From contig CALVPQ010000003.1 in assembly GCA_944351415.1 (NCBI GenBank), forward strand, positions 977 to 64,976: DNA of 64,000 bases. The letters are read 5' to 3'. The position numbers and the translations under genes were made by a program. This DNA comes from an uncultured Clostridia bacterium (GTDB lineage Bacteria > Bacillota > Clostridia > Christensenellales > UBA1242). Below are positions 48,457 through 58,619 of the stretch, piece by piece. The notes beneath the pieces were generated by a model. The model did no database searches. It saw nothing but the letters and a program-made list of their open reading frames with translations, and was not told the DNA's origin. Numbering within the stretch: position 1 is the stretch's first letter; the number at the start of each line of letters is the position of its first letter.

Positions 48457-48624
48457 ATGAAAAAAGAATTAAATCAAATCTATATTGTTCAAGAAAATGA
48501 TAATATTGAAAAAATAGCAAAAAAATATAAAATAAATCCAATAAATATTTTAATTTCAAATAAAATAAGTCCAAAAATGGTGAAAAAAGGAGTTATACTT
48601 TATATAAATACAAAAAATAAATAA
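48457..48624 (+). CDS. Small LysM-domain protein
   Basis: ATG 48457 has AAGGAGA upstream. The sequence YIVQENDNIEKIAKKYKINPINILISNKI...GVILYI is a LysM-like pattern. Confidence 0.5.
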   Translation: MKKELNQIYIVQENDNIEKIAKKYKINPINILISNKISPKMVKKGVILYINTKNK

Positions 48625-48654
48625 TTTTATTTTTTATTTTTAAATTGTTTTATT

Positions 48655-49392
48655 TTATATTTTTTTACTATTTTTATTTTCTTTTTTATTTTTTTTAAAT
48701 AATTTATTTATAAATTTTTCTATTTCTTTATTATATTTTCCTGCAAGATAGATAAGTATTATTGAAACTATTATTATAACTGCCCAAACGGCAAGCCCCC
48801 AACCATGATATGGTATTACTTCTCCACTTGAAAGATAACTTACAGAAAAAATTCCTATTGGTCTTGCTATAAATTGGGTAAGCATAAAGAACGTCCAACT
48901 CATGTCTGTTAACCCTGCAACTAGGCATAAAATATCGTCCGGAAAACATGGCAGAAGCATCATTATAACAAAAGAATATTTACAATCGCCAAGGGTTTTT
49001 GACCACTTCTCTTGAGCTTCCTTCCCTATCATAAATCGAACAATTTTCACACCAAATACCTTGCCTAAGAAAAATGCAAAGGCGCTTCCTAAAAGTATTC
49101 CAGCAAGTGACAATAGCCCAGCTTGAAAAGGCCCATAGATTAAAGAACCTGCAATTATAATTATTGGTGATGGAAGTGGCAAGATTGTTACTTGCAAAAA
49201 TTGAAAACATACATAGACTATCCTTCCCCATAAGCCTAGCCCTAAAATAAGATTTTTAAGTTTCTCAACTGAATTGAATTTTTCATATAACCCTGTCCAT
49301 ACAAGTATAAAATAAGTTAAAGCTAAAAAAAGAGCTATCACAAATAGCACAATCAAACTTCTTAATAATTTTTTCTTGCGGGAAAATTTCAT
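48655..49392 (-). CDS. TVP38/TMEM64 (DedA-related) membrane protein
   Basis: The sequence VTILPLPSPIIIIAGSLIYGPFQAGLLSLAGILLGSAFAFFLGKVFG is present. Confidence 0.7.
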   Translation of the reverse strand: MKFSRKKKLLRSLIVLFVIALFLALTYFILVWTGLYEKFNSVEKLKNLILGLGLWGRIVYVCFQFLQVTILPLPSPIIIIAGSLIYGPFQAGLLSLAGILLGSAFAFFLGKVFGVKIVRFMIGKEAQEKWSKTLGDCKYSFVIMMLLPCFPDDILCLVAGLTDMSWTFFMLTQFIARPIGIFSVSYLSSGEVIPYHGWGLAVWAVIIIVSIILIYLAGKYNKEIEKFINKLFKKNKKENKNSKKI

Positions 49393-49500
49393 ATTTTATT
49401 ATAATTCTTTGTTCAAAATATTATACAACATATTTTTCTCTGTCTTAAATTGTAATAATTTTAATAAAGATACAAATAATAGCTTAAAAGGAGAATAAAA

Positions 49501-51012
49501 TTGAAGTCTCAAGAAAAAACAAAACATAGCAATAAATTATCTATTATTTGGCTTATAGTTGTGGCTATTATTGCAGTTTCACTGCTATTATTCTGCCAAT
49601 TTTATTTTGGAGATAGTATAAATAGCAAGACAACCTTTTACCAAAACACACATATTAATGGAGTTGATGTGTCTGGACTTACAAAAAAAGAGGCAAGTGA
49701 AAAATTATCTGAAGAACTTATTGAAAATATGGATAATATTAAACTTACTCTTAAAAATGAAGATAAAACTTGGACTATTAATGGAAATGATTTTGAACTT
49801 GTTGGGAATTTTGATGATTCGCTTGATAATGTGCTTGCTTATGGGAAGGAAGGTAATATTTTTCAAAGAAAAAAAGTTAAAGAGCAAATAAAAAATGAAG
49901 GTCTTATTGTTAATATACCCTATCAGAATCTATTTGGCGGAATTGATGACAGGCTTGATGAAATAATAAGTGAAATAGAAAAAGAACCAATAAATCCTTC
50001 TGTTGTGTTTAACCCAGATAGTAAGGTTATGTTTTCGCTGACTTCTTCACAAAGTGGTATTCAAGTTGATAGGTTTGCCCTTGACCAGGCAATTAATGAA
50101 GCTCTTTTAAACGATGAAGAATACATTATCAACATACCTTTTCAAGAAATTTTACCAGCTGAAAGTTCTGATAATTTACTTGAAAATATAAAACTTCGTT
50201 CTAAATTTTCTACAAACTATTCAAAGTCGTCTGATAACAGAAAATCAAATATAAAGCTTGCACTATCAAAATTTAATGGTATGATAGTTGAACCTGAAAA
50301 AGAGGTGTCGTTTAATAAAACAACAGGAGCAAGAAGTAGTCAAAATGGTTATAAAGATGCAAAAATAATCTTTAATGGAAGTTATGTTTCAGGTATGGGC
50401 GGTGGTGTGTGTCAAGCATCTACTACTCTTTATAATGCCCTACTTCTCGCTGACATAGATATTCTTCAGGCAAACCACCATTCACTGCCTGCTTCCTATG
50501 TTCCATTATCTTTTGATGCGATGGTAAGCGAAGGTTATGCTGACCTTATTTTTAAAAATAATCTTGACACTCCTATCTATATCAAAGCCTACGGAACAGA
50601 TACTGAGGCTATTGTTGAAATTTATGGGCAACCTTTTGAAGATGAAATGGAAATTAAAACTCGAAGTGAACTTGTTAAAATTCTTCCACATAGTGGAGAT
50701 AAGATAATTACTGACACAAGCGGAAAATACAGCGATAAAGTTCTATATAAAGGCGAATATTACAGGCTTAAATATCCACAAGAAGGTTATGAGAGCAAAG
50801 GTTATATTGACTATTATAAAAACGGAGTTCTTGTGGAAGAAAAGGAAATTAGGCATGACCATTATCTGCCTCAAAACGGTGAAATTGTTGAAGGGAGTGC
50901 CACTCTTGAAGAAGGAATGAGCCTTCCTGCAAGTAATGTTAAATATATAAGCCCACAAAAAGTTACTAAAGAAACCATAGAAAATGCTAAAAGAAAATGG
51001 AATATTGCATGA
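49501..51012 (+). CDS. VanW-family protein
   Basis: It starts with TTG and has AAAGGAGA upstream. It has an N-terminal TM segment and the VanW core GGGVCQASTTLYNALLLADIDIL. Confidence 0.8.
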   Translation: MKSQEKTKHSNKLSIIWLIVVAIIAVSLLLFCQFYFGDSINSKTTFYQNTHINGVDVSGLTKKEASEKLSEELIENMDNIKLTLKNEDKTWTINGNDFELVGNFDDSLDNVLAYGKEGNIFQRKKVKEQIKNEGLIVNIPYQNLFGGIDDRLDEIISEIEKEPINPSVVFNPDSKVMFSLTSSQSGIQVDRFALDQAINEALLNDEEYIINIPFQEILPAESSDNLLENIKLRSKFSTNYSKSSDNRKSNIKLALSKFNGMIVEPEKEVSFNKTTGARSSQNGYKDAKIIFNGSYVSGMGGGVCQASTTLYNALLLADIDILQANHHSLPASYVPLSFDAMVSEGYADLIFKNNLDTPIYIKAYGTDTEAIVEIYGQPFEDEMEIKTRSELVKILPHSGDKIITDTSGKYSDKVLYKGEYYRLKYPQEGYESKGYIDYYKNGVLVEEKEIRHDHYLPQNGEIVEGSATLEEGMSLPASNVKYISPQKVTKETIENAKRKWNIA

Positions 51013-51103
51013 TAAAAATTAAATTGAAATATGTTTATAAATTAAGCTTGACATAAATTTTAAAAATAAATTTATGTTAACTATAACTTGATTAATTAAA
51101 AAA

Positions 51104-51123
51104 ACTGCTTTTTAAAAGGCAGT
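51104..51123. terminator. Bidirectional terminator between the VanW gene and cca
   Basis: The stem ACTGCTTTT / AAAGGCAGT has A-run and T-run flanks. A second 10-bp hairpin lies at 51051-51077. Confidence 0.6.
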
Positions 51124-51183
51124 TTTTTAATAATTAATTTAAAAATAATCTTTTATTAGATAAATTTATTTGCAAGATAGATT

Positions 51184-52422
51184 TTATAGGTATTTTAACT
51201 TTGATTCTATTGCATCAAGTAGTTCTTGTTTTTCATTGTTTAGTTTCCCATCAAAAATATCACTTAGCAAACTTTCCATAATAGGTTTATATCTTGTTTG
51301 TTTAACAGATGGGTAACGACCATGTATATCTTCACCTGTTATTTTTAAATCCTTGATTGATACAACTATCTTGTGTGAAATTATGTATTTATAGAAAAAT
51401 AAATATTTGTTTGCAAGATATTTTGATTTATAGATTAAAAGAAGATAAATATTTGGAAAACTATTGAAATATTTGAAAAAGTATGGTTTGTTTTGTAGAT
51501 GATTTAATGCCTCGTAATAACCTGAAAGAATACTTATATATTCTTCTGTCATCTTTTTACTCATACCAAAAGAATCTGTTAGAATTAAATCCAAATAATA
51601 TGATATTGAAATTGGCTTGACTGTATCTATAACATCTATCAAAAAGCCCTGAGATTTATGCTCCACTTTCTTAACCATGTTAAATCTTATTTTAGAACAA
51701 TCTATGCCAAAGATTTGCCATAAGCCTTCGCGATTGAATTGTCTTAATGCCTTCATGTAGGCATTTTTCTTTGTGTAGCCTGGATATTTTTTAGGACTAT
51801 GCAGTATTCTTGTTATTTCATATATAACTCTCTCCCCTGAAATATCTCTTAAATTATTTATATTTTTTATTGCCACTTGGTAGGTATGCTTATCTATTTT
51901 AAAATTAAGTTCACATTCAAATCTGAAAAGTCTTAGAAGACGCACTCCATCATGAGAAAGCACTTCTTCTGGTGTTTCAACAGTTCTAAGTATTTTCCGT
52001 TTTATATCATCAACTCCATTATAAAAATCAAGTAGTTGAGCATTTTTTATATCATAATATAAAGCATTGCAAGTAAAATCTCTTCTTTTTGCATCTTCTC
52101 TTACATCTTTTATAAATTCCACTTTCTCCGGAAGATGTCTGCCATTGTTTGCATAAGTATCACGGCGGAAACAAGTATACTCATAACTTTTATTGCCATT
52201 GATAACTATTCCACTTCCTAGCACTTTACTTTTGACTTTTACCTTAAATTCACTACCTTTTAAGCACTTTTCAAGCTCGTCAATAGTAAGGCTTGAACAT
52301 ATATCAATATCTTCATTTCTAAGCCCCATTATTGCATTTCTAATATAACCACCTACTATATAAAGTTCTGTTGGTAAAATTGAAGCAAGTTTTTTTAAAT
52401 CCTCTGAAATTTCTATATTCAT
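51184..52422 (-). CDS. cca: CCA-adding enzyme / poly(A) polymerase-family tRNA nucleotidyltransferase
   Basis: The motifs LYIVGGYIRNAIMG...DIDI and RRDFTCNALYY are present. ATG 52422 was chosen because GAAGG lies 8 nt upstream. Confidence 0.75.
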   Translation of the reverse strand: MNIEISEDLKKLASILPTELYIVGGYIRNAIMGLRNEDIDICSSLTIDELEKCLKGSEFKVKVKSKVLGSGIVINGNKSYEYTCFRRDTYANNGRHLPEKVEFIKDVREDAKRRDFTCNALYYDIKNAQLLDFYNGVDDIKRKILRTVETPEEVLSHDGVRLLRLFRFECELNFKIDKHTYQVAIKNINNLRDISGERVIYEITRILHSPKKYPGYTKKNAYMKALRQFNREGLWQIFGIDCSKIRFNMVKKVEHKSQGFLIDVIDTVKPISISYYLDLILTDSFGMSKKMTEEYISILSGYYEALNHLQNKPYFFKYFNSFPNIYLLLIYKSKYLANKYLFFYKYIISHKIVVSIKDLKITGEDIHGRYPSVKQTRYKPIMESLLSDIFDGKLNNEKQELLDAIESKLKYL

Positions 52423-52487
52423 TTTCACAACCTTCTATAATAGAATACTTTATCTGACAAACATTGTCAAATCTATTTGTAATAAAG

Positions 52488-52517
52488 TTGACAATAAAGT
52501 TATAAATAATATATAAT
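52488..52517 (+). promoter_or_regulatory. Consensus promoter 10 nt from the ATPase start codon (near-leaderless candidate)
   Basis: TTGACA (52488-52493) is separated by 18 nt from TATAAT (52512-52517). ATG 52528 has no SD. The palindrome TGACAA-aca-TTGTCA lies at 52455-52469. Confidence 0.5.
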
Positions 52518-52527
52518 TATCTGTATA

Positions 52528-55134
52528 ATGGCTAAGAAGAAAAATATAAACGTGGTTGAAGAAAAATCTATTCAACCAATTCTTAAAAATAAAAATAAAT
52601 TTGCTAGAAATTCTGATAACGAACTTTCTATCCTTTTTTATACTGAAGAAGCTTTAGAAAACAATCTTGAATTGCTTACAAAACTTAAAAAAACCTTTAC
52701 AATTAATCTTTATAAAAAAGACAAGGAAGATGAATTGCCTGCTGTGCCAGAAAATGTTGAGCGTTACACAGTTGATTATAGGCAAGGTCTTAATAAAGAA
52801 CAAATTGATGAAAGAATTTCAAACAATCTTATAAATAAAACAAAGGTTAAATCTAGTAAGTCATATTTATCTATATTTGCAAAAAATATCTTTACCTTCT
52901 TTAATATGCTTTGGCTTATTATTGCTGTTGCTTTGATTGCTGTTGGCTCTTATAGTGACCTTATATTTATTTTTGTTATTGTGGCAAATACTGCCATTGC
53001 TATAATCCAAGAAATTAGAGCAAAAATAACCATTGAAAAACTTTCCATAGTCACTGCCCCACTTGTTAAAACAGTTAGAGAAGGCAAGACCATTGCCATT
53101 CCAAGCGACCAACTTTTGCTTGATGATATTATAATTCTTTCAAATGGAAATCAAATACCTTCTGACTGTAAAATTGTGGAAGGTGTGGTTGAGGTAAATG
53201 AAAGTTTGTTGACAGGCGAATCAAATGCGATTGAAAAAGGTGTTGGAGCAACATTACTTTCTGGTAGCTTTATTGTTACTGGTCAGTGTTATGCAAGAGT
53301 TGAAAAAATCGGAAAAGACAATTATATCTATCAAATGGCTAAAAAAGCTAAGGAATTTAAAGCTCCGCAATCCAATCTTTTCAAAGACCTTAATAGACTT
53401 ATAAGATATATTGGTATTGCACTTGTGCCTATTGGAATACTGACCTTCTTAAAAGAATACACACAGGAAGGTTCAACCATAAAGGAACAAATAACAAACA
53501 CTAGTGGGGCTCTTACAAGCATGATACCTGCAGGTATGTTCCTGCTTGTCACAGTGGCTCTTGCAATAGGTGTTATCAAACTTGCAAGGAAGAAAACACT
53601 TGTGCGTGACCTATATTCTATTGAAATGCTTGCAAGAACTAACGTGCTTTGTCTTGATAAAACAGGCACTATCACCGATGGAACTATGAATGTTGTTGAT
53701 TTTATAACTTATACAAGCAAGCGAAAAGCCAGCGTTAAAAAAATACTATCCAATATACTAAATGTCCAAAAAACAGTCAATGCAACTTCTAGTGCTATGA
53801 TAAAAGAATTTGGGCGGAGCGAAGATTACACCGCACTCAATTTATGTGAATTTTCATCTGAAAGAAAATACTCCATAACACAGCTATCAAACAAAAAAGT
53901 ATATTTCCTTGGAGCGCATACAAGAATAGGTTGCAAACTTACACAAGAGCAACAAGATTTTATTAAAGAACAGCAAAATAAAGGGTTAAGAGTCATCGCT
54001 CTTTCCGAATCAAGTGAAAAATTTGACAAAAATATGTCCGGGAAAAATTCAACACTTATTGCACTTATTGTTATTGAAGAACATATTCGTGAAGATGCAA
54101 TAGAAACTATTGCATGGTTTAAAGATAATGGAGTTGAGGTTAAGATTATCTCGGGTGATGACCCTGCGACTGTTTCAAAAATTGCTCAACGTGTTGGGGT
54201 TGAACATTATGACAAATTTGTGTCTCTTGAAAACTTTAGTTTAAAAGAAGTTGAACAGATGGCTGACCAATTTACTGTGTTTGGGAGAGTTACACCAGAA
54301 CAAAAATATACAATTGTTAAAGCACTAAAAAACAAAGGAAAAGTTGTTGCTATGACTGGTGATGGTGTTAATGATACACTTGCACTTAAAGAAGCGGATT
54401 GTTCTATTGCCATGGCTGATGGAAGCGAAGTTGCTAGAAATATATCAAAACTTGTTTTACTTGAATCAAACTTTTCATCTCTTCCTTCAGTGGTAAAAGA
54501 AGGTAGGCAAGTTGTGAATAATGTGCAAAATTCTTCATCACTATTTCTTATGAAAACCTTTTTTGCTATAATTCTTTCAGTTATAACATTATTTCTTCAA
54601 AGACCTTACCCTTTTAGCCCTAGTATGATGATGCTTCTTGAGGCTTTTGTTATAGGTATTCCTTCATTCCTTCTTACTTTTGAACCTAACACCAAACCAA
54701 TAAAAGGAAACTTTATTCCTCAAGTTTTAAAACGTTCACTACCAAGAGCACTTTTAATGCTTATCAATGTTATAGTGGTATTTGCTTTATATTACTCACA
54801 ATCCACCACCATGGCAATCACGATGAGTGATTCGGAATATAGCACATTATGTGTTTTGATTCTTACTTATACAGGATTTTTAAACTTGGCAACTTTATGT
54901 TTCCCTTTTACACTTCTAAAAGGTTTAACTTTAGGGATTTCACTAATTCTTGTGACCGTTGCAATTATTGCACTACCTAGCTTTTTCTCTATAACATCTA
55001 GTTCCTTTACAGTGCTTATAACCTTCTTTGCTATAATTGTTGTTTCTATTATATTAATACTGCTTATAAAATTTAATCAAAAGCGAATAGATAAATTGAG
55101 AGATAAAGTGATAAGTTTATTGCAAAAACAATAA
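52528..55134 (+). CDS. Cation-transporting P-type ATPase (HAD-IC, substrate unknown)
   Basis: The motifs TGES, IPAGM (TM4), DKTGTITDG and MTGDGVNDTLALKEAD are present. About 85 aa of N-terminal extension have no motif. Confidence 0.8.
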   Translation: MAKKKNINVVEEKSIQPILKNKNKFARNSDNELSILFYTEEALENNLELLTKLKKTFTINLYKKDKEDELPAVPENVERYTVDYRQGLNKEQIDERISNNLINKTKVKSSKSYLSIFAKNIFTFFNMLWLIIAVALIAVGSYSDLIFIFVIVANTAIAIIQEIRAKITIEKLSIVTAPLVKTVREGKTIAIPSDQLLLDDIIILSNGNQIPSDCKIVEGVVEVNESLLTGESNAIEKGVGATLLSGSFIVTGQCYARVEKIGKDNYIYQMAKKAKEFKAPQSNLFKDLNRLIRYIGIALVPIGILTFLKEYTQEGSTIKEQITNTSGALTSMIPAGMFLLVTVALAIGVIKLARKKTLVRDLYSIEMLARTNVLCLDKTGTITDGTMNVVDFITYTSKRKASVKKILSNILNVQKTVNATSSAMIKEFGRSEDYTALNLCEFSSERKYSITQLSNKKVYFLGAHTRIGCKLTQEQQDFIKEQQNKGLRVIALSESSEKFDKNMSGKNSTLIALIVIEEHIREDAIETIAWFKDNGVEVKIISGDDPATVSKIAQRVGVEHYDKFVSLENFSLKEVEQMADQFTVFGRVTPEQKYTIVKALKNKGKVVAMTGDGVNDTLALKEADCSIAMADGSEVARNISKLVLLESNFSSLPSVVKEGRQVVNNVQNSSSLFLMKTFFAIILSVITLFLQRPYPFSPSMMMLLEAFVIGIPSFLLTFEPNTKPIKGNFIPQVLKRSLPRALLMLINVIVVFALYYSQSTTMAITMSDSEYSTLCVLILTYTGFLNLATLCFPFTLLKGLTLGISLILVTVAIIALPSFFSITSSSFTVLITFFAIIVVSIILILLIKFNQKRIDKLRDKVISLLQKQ

Positions 55135-55136
55135 AA

Positions 55137-55171
55137 AGCAAATTAGCCGTGCAGGTTAATTTGCTTTTTTT
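55137..55171 (+). terminator. Intrinsic terminator
   Basis: A 12-bp stem (AGCAAATTAGCC / GGTTAATTTGCT, including one G-U pair) is followed by T7. Confidence 0.75.
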
Positions 55172-55200
55172 ATATAAATTAAACAAAAATAATTTTTGAA

Positions 55201-55277
55201 ATAAACTGTAAAAATATATTTTATTTTAAAAAAAACATCTGTAAAATAAACTATAGAAATATATTTTAATTTAAAAA
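55201..55277. repeat. Two 32-nt direct repeats with 45-bp period
   Basis: ATAAACTGTAAAAATATATTTTATTTTAAAAA (55201-55232) and ATAAACTATAGAAATATATTTTAATTTAAAAA (55246-55277) are identical at 29 of 32 positions by my alignment. Confidence 0.6.
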
Positions 55278-55326
55278 TAAATAATAAAATAATTTTATTT
55301 AATTAAATAAATTTTATAATTAAACT

Positions 55327-55352
55327 AAAAAAAATTGAGCTGTTTGCTCAAT
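55327..55352 (-). terminator. Intrinsic terminator
   Basis: The stem ATTGAGC / GCTCAAT is followed by U7 on the minus strand. It lies immediately after the stop at 55358. Confidence 0.65.
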
Positions 55353-55357
55353 TTTTT

Positions 55358-56041
55358 TTATTCTCCAACAACATAATCATAGATTGCATAGCTGTTTGCT
55401 CTTACTGTGATTGATATAATCTTTGGAGTTGATGAACCATAATAAGCTCCAAAATAAAAAGTAAGTTCGCTTTCATTATTAGTATCAGTTAGATTAAAAT
55501 AAACATCTTGATATGAGAATGAATATTGATTTGTGTTTCTATTTGAATAATAAACACTTCCATCAGCATTATATAATGTTTGCTCTTGTGCATAGAAAAG
55601 ATGGACATAATTTGAACCAAGATAATTTTGAAGTGCACTACTCATACCCTGTCTATTTGCAGCATCAGAGTAAAAAGACTGTGTTGCACCTTCAACAATT
55701 TTATAATCACCTAAGTTTCCTGTAAATAATGCTGTGAGCACTGTTGAATAAAATGAATCTTCATAAACAGAATAAAAATCATCATAATTATCATCAGTTG
55801 TTACATACGTTAATGAATTATTTGTATAGATTTGAATATTTGTTGGTCGAGAAAGAAAATGTGGTTTTAAATTTACTTTAACACAAGCGAGAATAATTAT
55901 CACAACAACAAGTGCTAATACTACTATAGAAATTACTGATAAAATAATCTTCTTGTTGCGTCTTTTTTTCTTTAGATATTCATCACTAACAGAGTTAAGC
56001 ACATTATCAACATTCTGTGATGAAACATTTACTTCTTCCAT
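55358..56041 (-). CDS. Membrane-anchored protein of unknown function
   Basis: This 227-aa protein has a single TM segment (IILSVISIVVLALVVVIIILA) and a Tyr/Asn/Ser-rich ectodomain. It lies 4 nt downstream of ftsH. Confidence 0.45.
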   Translation of the reverse strand: MEEVNVSSQNVDNVLNSVSDEYLKKKRRNKKIILSVISIVVLALVVVIIILACVKVNLKPHFLSRPTNIQIYTNNSLTYVTTDDNYDDFYSVYEDSFYSTVLTALFTGNLGDYKIVEGATQSFYSDAANRQGMSSALQNYLGSNYVHLFYAQEQTLYNADGSVYYSNRNTNQYSFSYQDVYFNLTDTNNESELTFYFGAYYGSSTPKIISITVRANSYAIYDYVVGE

Positions 56042-56045
56042 CTAT

Positions 56046-58391
56046 TTATTCCCCTTTCTTCTTTGATTTTTTATTATCACTTTCTTTCTCTTCTGTTTTA
56101 TTTTCTTCTATTTTTTTATCATTAACATCTTCCTGTGTTTCAAGGTTAGACATTTCATCAGTTTGTTTATCTTGATTATTGTCGTCTGCATTAGTATCTA
56201 TACTTTTTGTGGTATTTTCACTATTTTCGCCATTATCTTCATTTATTAGTGACTTACCTTGGCTTACCACAACATTTACTGTATTTTCAGGTGCTGTTGC
56301 ATTTTGTTCTTGTTGCTCCATACCATCATTCATACTATCTTTATATAATTTATCAACAGCATTATAATCTTCCTGAGTGATAACCCCACTTTCAAGAAGT
56401 TTCTTTGCTTCTTCAAGTTTTCTTGCTAGCACTGCTCTACGTTCTGCTATTGCCTTTTCTCTTCTATATCTTTCCTCTTTCTCTTTTTGTTCTTTTTCGC
56501 GTTCTTCCATAAAAGCAGAAACTTCTTTCGCGGTTTTGCCTTCAATAAGCATATCAACTTCTTCTTTATTTATTGTTTCTTTATCAAGAAGAAGTGATGC
56601 CATTTCATCTAAAAGGTTAGCATTTTCACTTAAAAGCTTTTTGGCACGCTTGTAGTTATAATCAAGTATTGCTCTAACTTCATCATCAGCTTCTGCAGCT
56701 AGTTTTTCTGAAAAATCATTTCTTGTTTGATAATCTCTTCCAATAAATACTTGGTCTGAACTTTCTAGACTTAAAAATCCTAAGTTTTTGCTCATACCCC
56801 AATTATACACCATATTATGGGCTATCTTTGTGGCTTGAGATATGTCGTTTGAAGCACCTGTTGAAATGTCTTTAAAAATAAGCTCTTCAGCAAGTCTTCC
56901 GCCCATGCAAACACAAATTTCGTCCATAAGATAGTTATATGTGCGGTATGAATTGTCATTTTCCGGTCTCTGCATTGTATAACCACCAGCCATACCTCTT
57001 GGAATGATTGAAACTTCTTGAACTTCATCTGTATGTTCAAGTTTCTTTGCAAGTATAGCATGGCCTGATTCATGATAAGCTGTTATCTTTCTATCTCTAT
57101 CTGTTACAAGACGGCTCTTCTTTTGTGGCCCCATCATAACTTTATTGATACCTTCTGTGATGTCTTGCATTGTTATTTTTGGTCTGCCCGCTCTTGCAGC
57201 AAGAATTGCAGCTTCGTTTAGCATATTTTCAATATCTGCACCTGTGAAGCCGACTGTTATACGAGCTAGTGTCTTGAAGTCTACATTATCATCTAGTGGT
57301 TTATTTCTTGCATGTATTCTTAAAATACCTTCTCTGCCCTTAACATCTGGAACATTTACATAGATTTGTCTATCAAATCTACCTGGACGCATAAGTGCTG
57401 GGTCAAGAATATCAGCTCTATTTGTTGCGGCAAGAACAATAATGCCTTCATTTGATTCAAAACCGTCCATTTCAACCAAAAGCTGGTTTAAAGTTTGTTC
57501 ACGTTCGTCATTTCCGCCACCTAAACCTGCACCACGTTGACGACCAACAGCATCAATTTCATCAATAAACACAATACATGGTTTATTTTTCTTTGCTTGG
57601 TCAAACAAATCTCTAACTCTTGATGCACCAACACCGACAAACATTTCAACGAAGTCTGAACCACTTATTGAAATAAATGGAACATTTGCTTCCCCTGCAA
57701 CTGCTCTTGCAAGAAGAGTTTTACCTGTTCCTGGATAACCTACAAGAAGCACACCTTTAGGTATTCTTGCGCCAAGGTCGGTAAATTTCTTTGGAGCTTT
57801 TAAAAATTCAACAATTTCTTTAAGTTCTTCTTTTTCTTCATCAGTTCCTGCAATATCTGAGAACTTAACTTTGCTTGTTGTGTATGCCTTCGCACGAGAT
57901 TTCCCAAAGCTCATAGCCCCTTTATTTGAGCTATTCAAAAACCTGTAAATCATAAATATGATTACTGATGCAAAAAGAATATAAAATACTGGATAGATAA
58001 TATCCCATGCATTAATCCCCTGTGTTGCAACATCTATAGAAATTGAATTGTCAGCTGAAATTATTTCATAATATTGGGTAAAGTCAGCACCAGCTGTTGA
58101 AGTGTAATTCACATAATAATCAGCATAATCTGGGAAATGCCCCTCATATTGAGAATCTTCAAGCAAAAAATACATAGTATCAGATGTTATATAAACCGCT
58201 GAAATCTCTTCCCACTTATTGTCTTTTTCTGCATTATATCGTCCATTAACAAGCTCTTGGACTTCTGTTGGTCCACCTGTGATTTCCTCGCCACTATACC
58301 CCCTGTTTGAGAATACTAGCACAAGTAGAAAAACCACAAGAACAAGAACGATTAAATATGACCATCTGAATTTTGATTTATTTTCGTTCAC
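56046..58391 (-). CDS. ftsH: ATP-dependent zinc metalloprotease FtsH with long C-terminal extension
   Basis: It starts with GTG and has AAGGAGG upstream. The motifs [18 protein letters not shown], the SRH region and the Zn site HESGHAI are present. About 150 extra C-terminal residues include a SHOCT-like segment. Confidence 0.92.
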   Translation of the reverse strand: MNENKSKFRWSYLIVLVLVVFLLVLVFSNRGYSGEEITGGPTEVQELVNGRYNAEKDNKWEEISAVYITSDTMYFLLEDSQYEGHFPDYADYYVNYTSTAGADFTQYYEIISADNSISIDVATQGINAWDIIYPVFYILFASVIIFMIYRFLNSSNKGAMSFGKSRAKAYTTSKVKFSDIAGTDEEKEELKEIVEFLKAPKKFTDLGARIPKGVLLVGYPGTGKTLLARAVAGEANVPFISISGSDFVEMFVGVGASRVRDLFDQAKKNKPCIVFIDEIDAVGRQRGAGLGGGNDEREQTLNQLLVEMDGFESNEGIIVLAATNRADILDPALMRPGRFDRQIYVNVPDVKGREGILRIHARNKPLDDNVDFKTLARITVGFTGADIENMLNEAAILAARAGRPKITMQDITEGINKVMMGPQKKSRLVTDRDRKITAYHESGHAILAKKLEHTDEVQEVSIIPRGMAGGYTMQRPENDNSYRTYNYLMDEICVCMGGRLAEELIFKDISTGASNDISQATKIAHNMVYNWGMSKNLGFLSLESSDQVFIGRDYQTRNDFSEKLAAEADDEVRAILDYNYKRAKKLLSENANLLDEMASLLLDKETINKEEVDMLIEGKTAKEVSAFMEEREKEQKEKEERYRREKAIAERRAVLARKLEEAKKLLESGVITQEDYNAVDKLYKDSMNDGMEQQEQNATAPENTVNVVVSQGKSLINEDNGENSENTTKSIDTNADDNNQDKQTDEMSNLETQEDVNDKKIEENKTEEKESDNKKSKKKGE

Positions 58392-58503
58392 AAATTCCTC
58401 CTTAAATTTTGTTCTTTTTAATCTTATTAAATATGTTTTTCATTTATTTAATGTTCTACTACAATATTTAATAAATCATTATATTCCAATAATGACTCAA
58501 GAT

Positions 58504-58532
58504 ATTGTATCATAAAAAAAATTTTCTAGCAA
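58504..58532 (-). promoter_or_regulatory. ftsH promoter (extended -10)
   Basis: On the minus strand, TTGCTA (58527-58532) is separated by 17 nt from TGaTACAAT (58504-58512). The predicted leader is about 105 nt. Confidence 0.55.
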
Positions 58533-58619
58533 CAAATAAGGGGGGATTTTTATGAAAATTTTTAAATAAATTTATAATTCGACAAAATTTGCAAGTTTAA
58601 TTTGAAGATAAAAAACAAA

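Noticed and set aside
55201-55277. A CRISPR array.
   Set aside because: There are only two imperfect AT-only repeats with a 13-nt spacer, and no cas genes.
58552-58569. A five-codon mini-ORF (MKIFK) behind a strong AAGGGGGG SD on the plus strand, as a possible leader peptide.
   Set aside because: There is no plus-strand gene downstream to regulate and no convincing plus-strand promoter. The G-run is the complement of a C-run just upstream of the ftsH -35.
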